A DNA stretch of 64,000 nt. Origin: Antedon mediterranea. Lineage: Eukaryota; Animalia; Echinodermata. Below the pieces are notes generated by a model. It had not been told where the DNA came from. It saw only the letters and a list, made by a program, of their open reading frames with translations, and searched no databases. Position numbers and translations under genes: made by a program. Shown piece after piece: positions 13,921 through 26,400 of this stretch (position 1 is its first letter; each line of letters begins with the position of its first letter). The DNA lies in assembly GCF_964355755.1 (NCBI RefSeq), contig NC_092678.1, positions 24,383,365 to 24,447,364 of the forward strand, in the 5' to 3' direction.

Positions 13921-13946
13921 CATAGAGATATTATAACATCTCTATG
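13921..13946. mobile_element. 26-bp hairpin with 7-bp TSD (putative P-type excision footprint)
   Basis: ATCAAAC|CATAGAGATATTATAACATCTCTATG|ATCAAAC. Confidence 0.7.
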
Positions 13947-14058
13947 ATCAAACAATACTAATAAGGTGTCTAGGTGTTTTACAATTCCCGTTCCCGTTCA
14001 AATAACATTGTGAGGTAAATTCCCGATTGATCGTAATCAAAACGGTACTGGGTATGGT

Positions 14059-14467
14059 CAAAGAACTTATAACACAAGAATCTCCTGTTCTTCAATTTGC
14101 ATTCAAAACACAGTATCGGAAGTACAGGGTTAAAAGGTCAAACTGGGCGACGCCATTTCACAGCATGGAGCAGCGCCCCCTCCAAACTAGGAAGTCAATT
14201 ACTCTACCCCCCTAGAGTATTAGCAGATCCCCTCTATGATTTTGACTTTCTAATTTGATGCGGGCGCCCTACTCCTCAGTCAATTACTCTATCCCCCCTA
14301 GAGCATTAGCAGATCCCCTCTATGATTTTGACTTTCTAATTTGATGCGGGCGCCCTACTCCATGGCTCACAATGGCGGCAACCATAGCCCTATTCTATCC
14401 CACAATGCCTTTCAAAATTGTTACGCGCTTCGGACGAACAGGAGATTCTTGTGTTATAAGTTCTTTG
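14059..14467. mobile_element. Young non-autonomous P-superfamily-like element (409 bp)
   Basis: Perfect 32-bp TIR CAAAGAACTTATAACACAAGAATCTCCTGTTC, 7-bp TSD GTATGGT, internal ~85-bp tandem duplication; CA termini with 7-8-bp TSD fit P elements. Confidence 0.85.
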
Positions 14468-15099
14468 GTATGGTCTACTAGATTTTCTGCTCCCAACCAG
14501 TACATCCATTCATAGAAGCCTTTTAAATATAGAGGCAGTTTTTATTCAAAGAATTTTTAAATTATCATTATGCATTTAATCTGCAACCATTTAAAAAAAT
14601 TATATAATTTAAAAATAATTAAATTTAATCCTTGAATTAGTCATCACATTAGTTATTATGATTATTAAAATCAAAACATTCTTGGTTTTTTATATCACTT
14701 TTATTTAAATGTTTCCGTTATTTCTTTATAAAACACAAAAATATAAAATACAAGTTTGTTCATCTTTACTCTGATTTTGTGGAATTCATGAGATACAGTA
14801 GTTTTTTTTAACATATAAATAATTACAAAGTTACTAATCCTTGAGATGTCATTAAAATTTAATTATAATACATTGAAAATTGTAGAAGTTTTGCAATTGC
14901 TTTTTCTCCTTAAAAACCCCAATAATAAAGGGTGTGCGAAAATAAAGGTTATTAACAGCACTTACAATAATTATTTAAAATGAGAATGTTCGTTGTACTG
15001 GCCTTGTAATTTGTACTATTCGTAGAGAATACTTCCCCTCTACTAATTTAATCAATCCTCTAACTTTAACTTCAACTTCCTTTCCAGTCAAGTTTATAG

Positions 15100-16400
15100 A
15101 CTTTTTAAAATACGTAAGCCTAGTTTAAAAAAAGCAGTGCTATCCACTATTAGTTATTGCCTTGATGATTATTATATCATTATAGGACTAGAGGCTAGGC
15201 CTATTATTCTATAATAGGCCTACAGTATCTATCTAAAATTATGATGATCTGATTGATGATGAGGAAGATTTTATTTTTTGGTTTTATTTTCAGCAAATAA
15301 TTAGATGGTCCAGTAAATGATGTAGGGAGGTGAATGGCCAACCCTAGCCTTAGGTTAGTAAGTTTATGTAGGCCTACTCTACATTACTTTGGCTAGGCCT
15401 AGAGAATAGATGTCAACAGAGCAGGCCTCTAGCCCCTCTGGTGGTCCTGGACCTGGACGTAGCTAGCCTAGCCCAACCCAAGGCCTAACTTAGGCTTAAA
15501 TTTGACGATTTAACACAAAAAAATATATGTTATGCTTTATCAGTTGGAAAATATGTATTATTAGCGAGATAAAGAAAATACTCACGTTCTCAAACTGTTA
15601 TTTTAATAAAGATTTATCAAAAATCTTACACGTTCGATGAATAAAATTGTTATGTTTATGTTGTGTTGCCCCCTCTTGCGGTACAGTTCGGATGATTAGA
15701 CTCCTTTTAATTTTGTTGAAAAAAAGAAAAAAGGGCAGTATCATGTCTGCTGCCCCCAATGAATCAGAACGAGATTTGACTCCTCAGTGGGTAGAAGTAC
15801 TTTTTTTTGTCAGGAAGCTAGAAAATAGAGATTTATTTAATTAAAATTCACCTTTTCCTAATAAAACTGTATTGATGAAATAGTGATACGTTTATTATTA
15901 AAGATACCGGGACAGGTAAGTCTGTTAATATTTTACTCAAGCGTATTCAATGATTGGTTTTAACGTTGAAAAAAAAGATGGGTTTGGTTATTGTGTCCTG
16001 TGCTCTCAAATTACGATGGCAACATTGATGATTTTGTACCTGAACAACGTGGGGTGTAGCCGGTAGAGTACACCTTAAAATACTGAAATGTCCTACTACT
16101 GGGCTAGGCCTAGCATTTTTGTTTGTTTTACCACATAATTTATTTATGATAATGAGGTTATCTGTTAATAATAGTTCATTTATAATTAATTGATCAGACT
16201 GTGTTGGAATTGAATGTTTAATAATAATTGTATTTATAATTTTGATTTTAGTATTTAGGACATTAAAAAAATATTAGGCTAGGCTAGTTACTAATTAGGG
16301 TCTAATTTATTTTTATTAATCAATTACAGTATGTACTCTAGACATAGACCAGAATATACAGTATGCTTAGCCTAACTCTAGGCCTTATAATATGTAAAAA
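15100..16400. promoter_or_regulatory. Probable bidirectional promoter and first non-coding exons of the LRRK1-like (-) and Ptp99A-like (+) genes
   Basis: Outward-facing strong donors: minus AAC|gtgagt at 15585 and plus CAG|gtaagt at 15916. TAGGCCTA-like motifs cluster on both sides and are rare elsewhere in the window. Confidence 0.55.
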
Positions 16401-17364
16401 TATTTGATTGAAATATTGCTGTTTACAACCATCAAAGTATGCATAATAAAGTTGTAAATATTTAAAGACAAAGAGTTCACGCAACGTTTCAGTTTTAAGT
16501 GGAGAAACTAAAATTAACTTTGAAATTGTGCTAAATGTTCTTATGGGATTTGTATATTTAAACCTAGAGGTTAAGGACAACCGTGGATATTACGTTATTG
16601 AATTTTTAAACCATCTGCATAAATAAAATACAACATTTCATGAATTTTTAATTCAGGATTGATTAAACTAGATTCAATATTATTGTGAATTTAGAAAGAT
16701 TGTTTAAATCAGAACAATATTTTAGGATCAGTGTTTGTTTATTCTTTGTGTAAAATAGTCAATTATTGACTGACTGTAGGCTAGACCTACTTAATTAAAT
16801 ACTGCAATTTTTTAGTTTATCACAGACCTGCTGCTAGTGTATAAAATTTTGTTATGCTAATGTTACTTATTCATTTATTCAATCTTATTCATAGTACAGT
16901 TAATTTTGTTCTTTTTTCTATTGGAGATTTCTTGTACAGAAGCCAGCATTAAAGAAGACCAGTCCTTTTTTCTAGTCTACTGATACTGATAGTGTTCAGT
17001 ACAGTACAGTAGGTTATTGAAAAAACAAAACAATTGTACAGACAGTATAACCACCCTGTTGTATAACCACCCTGTTGTATTGCTTTCATTTTCCACTATT
17101 TGAATTGAAGTGGATGATCTATTATTACATGTTTTGTTTCATATTGGTGGTCATAATTGATGCTTCTTCACTAAGGGCTGAGCTACAAGTTTGTACAAAT
17201 TTCCCAATAACCATTAAATATATCACCATTTCCTTTACATAATGCTTTTCTCTTGTTTTTATTTCCAGGTGATGACCTTGTAGAGTGGCATTTAGGGATT
17301 ATACTACTACTACTCTAGCATGTAGCCGTTCTTCTACCATACAACTAACCTATCAGCTGCTGCA

Positions 17365-17407
17365 ATGTTTTGCAATACATTAGTTCTAGGAATTATATTA
17401 ATTAAAG
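17365..17407 (+). CDS. Ptp99A: RPTP signal-peptide exon (exon starts at 17269 as 5'UTR)
   Basis: [15 protein letters not shown]|gtaagt; splices in phase 1 to GIHA-LTAE, giving a plausible signal peptide. Confidence 0.75.
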
Positions 17408-20400
17408 GTAAGTGTTGATTAATTTTAATTTGTTGTTCTGATTCTGTTAGTGCTTACTTAAAATCTGGACTTTGTCTAAGTTTTATCCGCAGTCTTGAGT
17501 TAGGGTAGACACTACAGGAAGATACACTCATCTCAGTTTAAATAAATCTATGTGGTAGAAAAGAGAATAATGTTGTTACCCAATAAAGGAGTCTATTTTG
17601 TGTCTTGCTTGCGTCTACTGTACAACTGACAAAAGGCCACCTCTCCAAAAAGAGCATCATTTACAAAAGGAAGAAATCCATTTAGCACCCCCCTATCAGA
17701 TAATGATAGTGACAATCTGTAAATTATTTTATTCAAAATAATTTGTAGTAAATTCTAGATATGTTTGCTAATATAATATTAAAGTGAGAGATAACTCAAC
17801 AGTGCTGCTCGATTAGTGCTAAATTGAGCATTTTATTTCAGAATTCTTGTTTTATGTGTGACACTGCTGTTTAATTAAGTTCAGATGCCATGCTGTTTTT
17901 TTCTGACTTTCACCGAGTAATGACAAGGAACATGTGTTTGCGCCGGAAAACTTTAATTACATTAAGAATAGGAAACTTCTTATAACACACACACATGTAC
18001 AGACATAGACACATTTGTATCGTTCAACACTAAAAATATTTCATTTTTTCATTAACCGGTTATATTACCAAGTCTTGGATATTATTACAGTATTTATTTT
18101 GTTTTTAGGATTTAAATTTAAAATGTTGACATATCTACAATACATTGACAGTAAAAATAAGATACAAGAAACAAGATTAAAATGTTTGTATCGTAGAATA
18201 AGTTTTCGATAAAATTCAGTTAATATAATAATTGTAGAGTACATCAAATATAGTAATTATGATGAGACATGTTAAAGTTAATAATACTGATTCTGGACAT
18301 ACTGTAGTAGTAAAGTATATAAAATGTTGACTTTAATCGAATTATGTTATCTGTTGACGTCCAGTCTTGGAAATGAAATAATTTACTAATAAGTGGCATT
18401 TGAATTGAATGTTAGAAGTCTGAGTTTGGTTAAAAGGGTCGATTAAATCCTGTAGTACCTTTGTAAATGGTTATAAATTGGTTAAAATCTATCAACTGTC
18501 ATCGGTTGTTTATTGTTCCGTTGTTTGTAGCATTATGGGATTTATTTACAATGTCACCAGCTCTGATTATTTCCTGAAAAAAAGGCTGTTCCTGTCTTTG
18601 TTTTACAAAGTTTCATTTTTACAACAATCTTAAATGACTTATCAAATTCAAAAATTAGCTGTTCTTTTGTTTGTTTTGTTCTGGAATTTTATTCTATGGT
18701 TTGTCCATTGATAACTCCATGATAATTTAAAAAATTATTATTAACCAATTTAGAAGAAGTACATCATTGTAACCACTATAACGTAGTCTAATTCCTCTAT
18801 GCGAAAACCCAGCATGTATAAAATAGACCTCTACCAGTAAGTCAGCATGTAAAAGTAAGAATATGCTTAAAATCTGCAGGTAAAATTTAAGCCGCTTCTT
18901 GCATGCTAAAGTAACCTTATGCAATGTATGGCTGCTAATGAGGAGCTGACTGTGATTGGTTATTGGCCTTGAACCTTTTAGTCTTAAGGTTAAGTATTGT
19001 CAGTCCACACTATACAGTTGTAAAAGTATGGAATGCAAACATGGCCAAAATACTGCACTGAATCTTCTTTTATGAGAAGTATTGAGGGATTTAGCTACTG
19101 GTGTGTGTACAGTAGGATTGATTCGAACAAAATCAGTTTTTTTTTCTGCCGGTTCTCGCAGAATATTTAAAAATTAGCTTGCCTTTACAATATGGGTACC
19201 AGCAAACAGGTTCTGTCATTTATTGAACATAAATTATGTTAATGTTAATAATTAATGTTATTTAATGTGAACATTATTGTTATATGTTACTGTATAATTT
19301 TAAGGTTTAAGGCTTACTGTACACAGTATTAATATTAAAATATAAATGTTATCATTGTTATTGTACGCAGGTGTACAGTAACTATGAATTTGTAGTTAGA
19401 TAGTTTGGTTTGAGATTATAATAACGTCTGATGTCAGCGTTAGTGATGACATGATCAATTATTGAACAGTATCAATCATACTATAATAAACAAGCAAAAT
19501 TTTAAATAAATTATTTATAAAAAAACAGTTTAATAATTCATATACTTAAGCCGATGAAAAAAACACCTCTAAACAGGTGTTAGAGTACTGTAGTAATGTA
19601 TTATGATAGAAAATTGTGAAATGCTTACTGTAGAATAAATGAAACTAGAAATAAATTGGAAAGAAAAATTAAGAATCTAAATTAATATAAAACTAGAAAG
19701 ACACTCCGAGAGTGCATACCTCCGCCTACTGTAAAATTCTCCTACATAAGATTTCTCCGGTTAAAAAAAATATATATATTTGTGTGTGTGTTAATGCTGT
19801 TTGTGATTTAGGCTAATTTCACTACAAGCATGTGTATGCGAGTTTGGTGTAATGGTTATGTAACAAGCCTTTCAATTAACAATAGCTTCAGTTGACTAAC
19901 AATAGAACAGCAACGCGAAAATCAAACGAGTGAATTTGAACAAAAATAGGTGCACATTAAATCGAATTATGTTTTTAATTTACAAATCACATAACTCTTG
20001 CCTCTTCTTGTACAAAAATGAAGTTTTTTGGACAAGTAGTTCTTGAGAAAAAGCAATTTTAGTTTACATGTTAATTAAAGACTGCTCACCGGCTTTTTAA
20101 AATTCTGCCCTATCTTTTAACACTAGCAGGTCTGAATAGTATACTAAAAAGGTGGTCCAGAATTGGGACCATGGTCCCAAATGGTCCCAAATATCTATCC
20201 GTATATTCATTTTGGTATAGATCTTGTAATTACTTTTTGAGTAATCCTGCAACAAACACAAACAGACAGACAAACCCACGCGATCGATGACATATACCTC
20301 TTTGGCGGAGGTAAATAATAGACCAATACAAGTGATGGCATAGTGAGTGCATTGATCAACCCTATGTACCAAATCAAGTGATGGCATAGTGAGTGCATTG

Positions 20401-23400
20401 ATCAACCCTATCAATCAAATTAATTTGAATTAATTGATTAATTAGGCTCATTAGATATTGATTCTAAATTCAATTGGAAGTTCTGACATTCTTTACATAA
20501 TTTGAAGCTACTGCACTTAATATCACACACAATGCATATAAGTTTATTCCAAAATGTTACTGTAGCTGATTTTAAACCAGCCTACTGGATTTAAGGCAGG
20601 TATAGACAGAATCAAATGATGGCCATACACTAGTAGTAGTAGTAAGACAGGTATAGACAGAATCAAATGATGGCCATACACTAGTAGTAGTAGTAAGACA
20701 GGTATAGACAGAATCAAATGATGGCCATACACTAGTAGTAGTAGTAGTAGTAAGACAGGTGTAGACAGAATCAAATGATGGCCATACACTAGTAGTAGTA
20801 GTAGTAAGACAGGTATAGACAGAATCAAATGATGGCCATACACTAGTAGTACAGTAGAAGTAAGACAGGTATAGACAGAATCAAATGATGGCCATACACT
20901 AGTAGTACAGTAGAAGTAAGACAGGTATAGACAGAATCAAATGATGGCCATACACTAGTAGTAGTAGTAGTAAGACAGGTATAGACAGAATCAAATGATG
21001 GCCATACACTAGTAGTAGTAGTAAGACAGGTATAGACAGAATCAAATGATGGCCATACACTAGTAGTAGTAGTAAGACAGGTATAGACAGAATCAAATGA
21101 TGGCCATACACTAGTATAGTAGTAGTAAGACAGGTATAGACAGAATCAAATGATGGCCATACACTAGTAGTAGTAGTAAGACAGGTATAGACAGAATCAA
21201 ATGATGGCCATACACTAGTATAGTAGTAGTAAGACAGGTATAGTCAGATAAACGAAAGAAAGAGCTGTTTCTTGCAAGTTCAGTTATTGCAAGAATTTTT
21301 TGTTAATGTAATGCGTCCGTATAATATGTTTTATGTTTATGCTTAGGACTACAAAGACAAGCCACTTTGGCTTCTGTGTATCTTAACCCATAAACTTTGT
21401 AAAATATTGAATATTGAATAAATGTTTTTTTTTATTTTTTTTTTAAATTTTATTCAATCAAAACCAACAGCGATAAATACCGCCACTAACAGGTTTGAAA
21501 CATAAAACAATACAACATCAAAAACGGTTAACAATAAAATACAGATAAAATATATATATAAATATAAAACATAGATTGGCATGCCATAAATAATTTCAAT
21601 TAAAACAGGTTATGCAGACTGCAGAATGTTGTTGTATTCCATTATAAAAGAAACTATTAATAACGGCGTTGTTTTCATAGGCCAAAATGTCCTTAAACTT
21701 GGAAAAAAGTGTGATGTGCCCAAATATTGGTAGTGATAGATATTCCAAATATGGTAGTGCTAGTAACTACAGTATGACATCATCATGTCCATCACAATCC
21801 AGAGAGAGCTTTTTACTGGTACAGTAGAATGAATTGGAACTGAAAATAAAATGAAAATGTGACATTAATACTGTGGATGTGATCAGTGTAGAATTGTTGC
21901 AAGCATAATGTATGTTAAGCTGTAGTTGTCTACATTGATCTTGCTTACGTAGTGTGCACTAGCAGTAGCATTTAAACAAGGCTTGTCATTATACTACGCA
22001 CTCACACAAACAATTTATTTTGAGTTTTAAGGTTAATGTCGGGTTTGGGAAGACTGCGATTGTCTCAATCAGTTGAGAATGTCTCAAGCGATTATCAACA
22101 AAGTATGGTTGAGTCTAAAAGTAGCAATTTTATCCTCTTTAAAATGAAAACAAAGTAGAGAAATGTCACGTTCACTTTGCAGTATTGTTCTGTATTGATT
22201 GGACTTGATAAGGGGTAAATTTGGTATTACACAAAAAAAGAAAACTTAGAGAGGAAATTAGGAACACAGTGCTAAAGGCTAAACTATCATTTAAGGCAAT
22301 ACATTAAGTATCAGTGACTTTTTCACAAACGCCTTGTATCTTTTTTGTTGTGAAAAAAATGTTTACATTAGATACAATAATCAACAATGTACTTGGACAA
22401 TTATACCCACCCATTATGCACTGTACCATATATTTATTGAAGCTACACCTTTACAACACGTTCATTCACGGTGTGTTCTTACATTACAAATAAATATACA
22501 ATAGACAACAAACAGATAATTGTTTGAGTGTGGGGTGTATGATAATTTTATGGTTTACCACTTCAATAGCATGGTGTTACTGTTAGTAATTTGGGCTTTA
22601 AAAAATGGTACCAATAAGAAGTAGACAGACTGACAACCGAAGCTGAACAGTAAGATGTTCTGTCAGCAAATTGTCATTATCTTTAAGTAATAAGACACTG
22701 AGTCACGTTGAGATATTCTGGATTATTATTATAATTTATTAGTAATAACGAAAAATCTTCCTTAAAGATTTGCCGTGTTGTGTTGTAATCCATTTTTTAA
22801 GAACGTTTCTTGTGAATGAACTTAAGTTATTGGGTAATTGTAAATTCAAGGGTAACCATGGGGACCATGTCAACAAGCTGTCATATAATGGAGCAAAATC
22901 TAAGGTCCTGTTCAGACGGGTTGAAAATTACAGCTTATTCCCGATGTGCGGTCGCGGGCGGCAATTAACTTTCGCCCTATGCTAAAAAAATTGAGGCAAA
23001 AAGTTCAACATACTGGCCACAAGGTAAATCAAACAAAATTATATTAAAGGGTATATTTGACAATATTTCCTTTTTCTCCCCATCACATTACAATCATTTA
23101 TATTAATGCATGTCTTATTATGGTGATGGTGATGTACTGTAATTGCTGATGTAAATTCTTCATAAAATGTTTCAAACGTGCATTTTTAACTAAAAAGTGG
23201 CATTTAAAATGATGAATTGATTCTTGCTTGCACAAGTGTTAATTCATGTGCTGAAATATTCACTTTTGAATATGTAATGAAATTTATATTATCTTGCTTT
23301 CTTGCTCACATACAAAGTATCGACGAGCATACACCCGTCACAAATATTGATTTTCTAAGGATTACATTTTTGCGTTTAAGAACTCTACGGCTGGTAATGT

Positions 23401-26400
23401 TACGACGATGACTCAGTGGTTACGTTAGCAATATAAGTAGTAGGTAGACATAATGGCAATTCACTGCAGTATATCTACCATTACCAACGTGAATAAATGA
23501 CGAACAAGCACACAATTTACTACGCACTCTACGCTCTCTGCATAAATCTTGAGTCATTTTATATCTCGTTGCTGATTTATGGCAGATAATTGGTTAAATT
23601 GTTTTATGTGTTTTTGTGTGGTATTTACACAGTGTGAATCATAGCGTTAAATCTCACCAAGTTTGATTTGTAACTTTATGTAAATACTTATAATTAATGT
23701 TCACACTTTACAAATATTTAATTTATTTGTTATTAAATTTTTGTTTTTTGTTATGCTGTTGTGTTTTTGGTTTGTCTCTGGAAACCTTTTTGAAAATAAA
23801 ATAAATATGAAAAAAATATTTAGTTCTGCAATTACATACCATGATGACCACAGTATTTTAAAATTGCTAAATAAAACACAATGTTTAATCTAATAGTATT
23901 TAGTAATACTGCAGGCTCAATGGTTTAGTCTATTTCGTGCCTAGCTTACCTGGATAAACCGACATTGGCCTATTCTCTCCGAGAAGAGAGCTACAATTCG
24001 AATATATATAAAAAAAATGGAAAAACCCCTGTCATATAATGGTACATTCCATGAACCCTGCCCTCAAGTGGGAACATCCCAACATACCACCATCATCATT
24101 TCTTTTCGAGACATGGTAGAAAAGTAACAATAACATGTCTGAATGAAGAGCTACACTACTTTGTTAAGCAATGAGTGGAAACTTGAGCTCAATGGTTTAA
24201 TTTTTTGGCTTGATGCATTGTATTTTGCAACATGTTATATAGACAATAGACTGCCCCTTTGTATTTTGTAATAAGAGGGTTATCTTAGGCTTTACACAAT
24301 ACAAACAACTATTGTATACTTTGTTGTATTATGACTCATCATACTGTATACTAGTATTAGTGGGTTTTTATATAGTTTTAATGTATAACCTGTAATATCC
24401 TGGTATTCACAGTTAAATCATTATTGACCAACCATGGTCCAACCAACCACATACTGTACAATGTGCAGTACTGTGCATTGTATGTATTTCGGGAAATTCG
24501 TATTCTCTAATCAAAATGTTTCTGTATCTAAAATTTACTGACGAGCGAAGAAAATGCAATTATTATTTCACTCATGTTGTGTGAACCAGTTTGTAGAGAA
24601 AGAAAATGAATATACTGTACTTGAATATTAAAATAGCAATCTTGGTGTAATGTAAATCACTTGGCCTATCTACTGCACTAGATTACATTGTGTGATAGCA
24701 TAATTATACTATTTCTTGGTAATTGCCTGTTATTAAAATTGATTTGGCATATATCGCAAAGCGTTGGTTTATGCACTAGGCATCCATATTCCAAACCTCT
24801 TCTAAATTTTAGTTTGTTGTGTTTTTTTTTTCAGCGAAAATAGATTAGTTTCGAAATTATGAATTGCATAATTCAGAGATCATGAAAATGAGTTATCGCA
24901 CAAGCGCTCGAAAATATTGGAGTAGCGCGAATCCACAAGTGCTGGAGACAATCTTGACAACGCACTGAGCAGGCTAAACATACATTTTCTGAAAAATTGT
25001 AAAGTTTATCAAAAAGTAATTCAATATTAGCATTAGTATAAATGGTTTGCACAACCATATGTCAATGGGTTTCTTTCTTTCGTATCTTTCCAGCAGTATT
25101 TAAGATGTTGTTTGTTCTACAGTCTTTATCTTCTCTTATCTAACAACAGCGCTACTCCCTGAGAATCCATAAGCTTGATCTGTTAGTCCAACTTCTGGAA
25201 ACCAATATCATTAGCATACATTCTGAAGCACTGCCTACAAATGTTTAAGCCATACTTTCGGATAAGACCATGCCTATTGCCACATACACGACATGTCCTA
25301 GAGCCTGGGCCAAATTTACTATACTTAATTTTAATATGGAATATGATAACGACAATTTTTAATTATATTTTTCGTATGCCTTACATACAGTACACTGTTT
25401 ATTGATCATTAAATGAGTGCTTATTGAAATATCAATTATGTCGCCATAATGAAAATGTATTTTTAATTGATTTTCATAGTTTTTTGCGTAATCTATTGTA
25501 TCAAATAACCTTTGACATTTCTCTATGACCTTTGACATTTCTGGATGATGACTCATGTTGTGAAATGAACATTACATTATTGCGAGATAATTGTAACATT
25601 GTGAACACTGTAGTATGACATGATAATATTTACTAATTGTAATTTTATTCTGGATATCTATGCTGATAATGTAATTACAGAATGAAATTATAATAATAAT
25701 AAGTGACATCCTCATAAAGTTTATGAATTTCTATTTCATAAAATATTCCAGGCATTTAATGTTAGTCCCCTAAAACATGAACAATTTATTAATATAAAAA
25801 GACTTTTTATAGGACATTTCACAGTTTTGATAAAGTTAATCACTTCCTTAGAAAAAAAAAAATGTTTTTAATTAATATTATAAAGAAAAAATAAACGATT
25901 AAAATTTCAATCAAAAACCCAATTGTCAATTTGACTTACCGTATTTTGCTTATAAATTAATTTCCCATAATTTGTATTTTTTCAGTAGTACCACTATAAT
26001 AAAAACAAATTAGTAGACCTGTGTTAAGGTTAAATATTGTATAATCAATTTTATAATTTAAAAAATGTTTACATTAATGTATGAATCACTTGTACTGTTT
26101 AACTGTAAATTAAAATTAATTTATTCCCAGGAATCCATGCGTTAACCGCAGAAAATGTGACACAATTCATCGGAGAAGATGTGTTTCTTCCGTGTCCGGC
26201 CGCCGAAAACATCCTGCCCGTGGTGACGTCTATCGTCGAGTGGTTAAACGTGACAGACTCGGATTCGTCGGTGATCGTCAATTCGCAGTCTATGGATATG
26301 GGCAAGTACTTCATAGAGATACACAATGAATACAAATTGCGAGTTCAAGAAGTGACGTTGTTGGACAGCGGGACATACGGATGCAAAGTGTATGGTGACC

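Noticed and set aside
20596-21243. CRISPR-like array of conserved ~37-bp repeats with variable spacers; ORFs 20544-20843 and 20899-21111
   Set aside because: Spacers are only (TAG)n length variants, the context is a eukaryotic intron and there are no cas genes; the ORFs are by-products of the repeat
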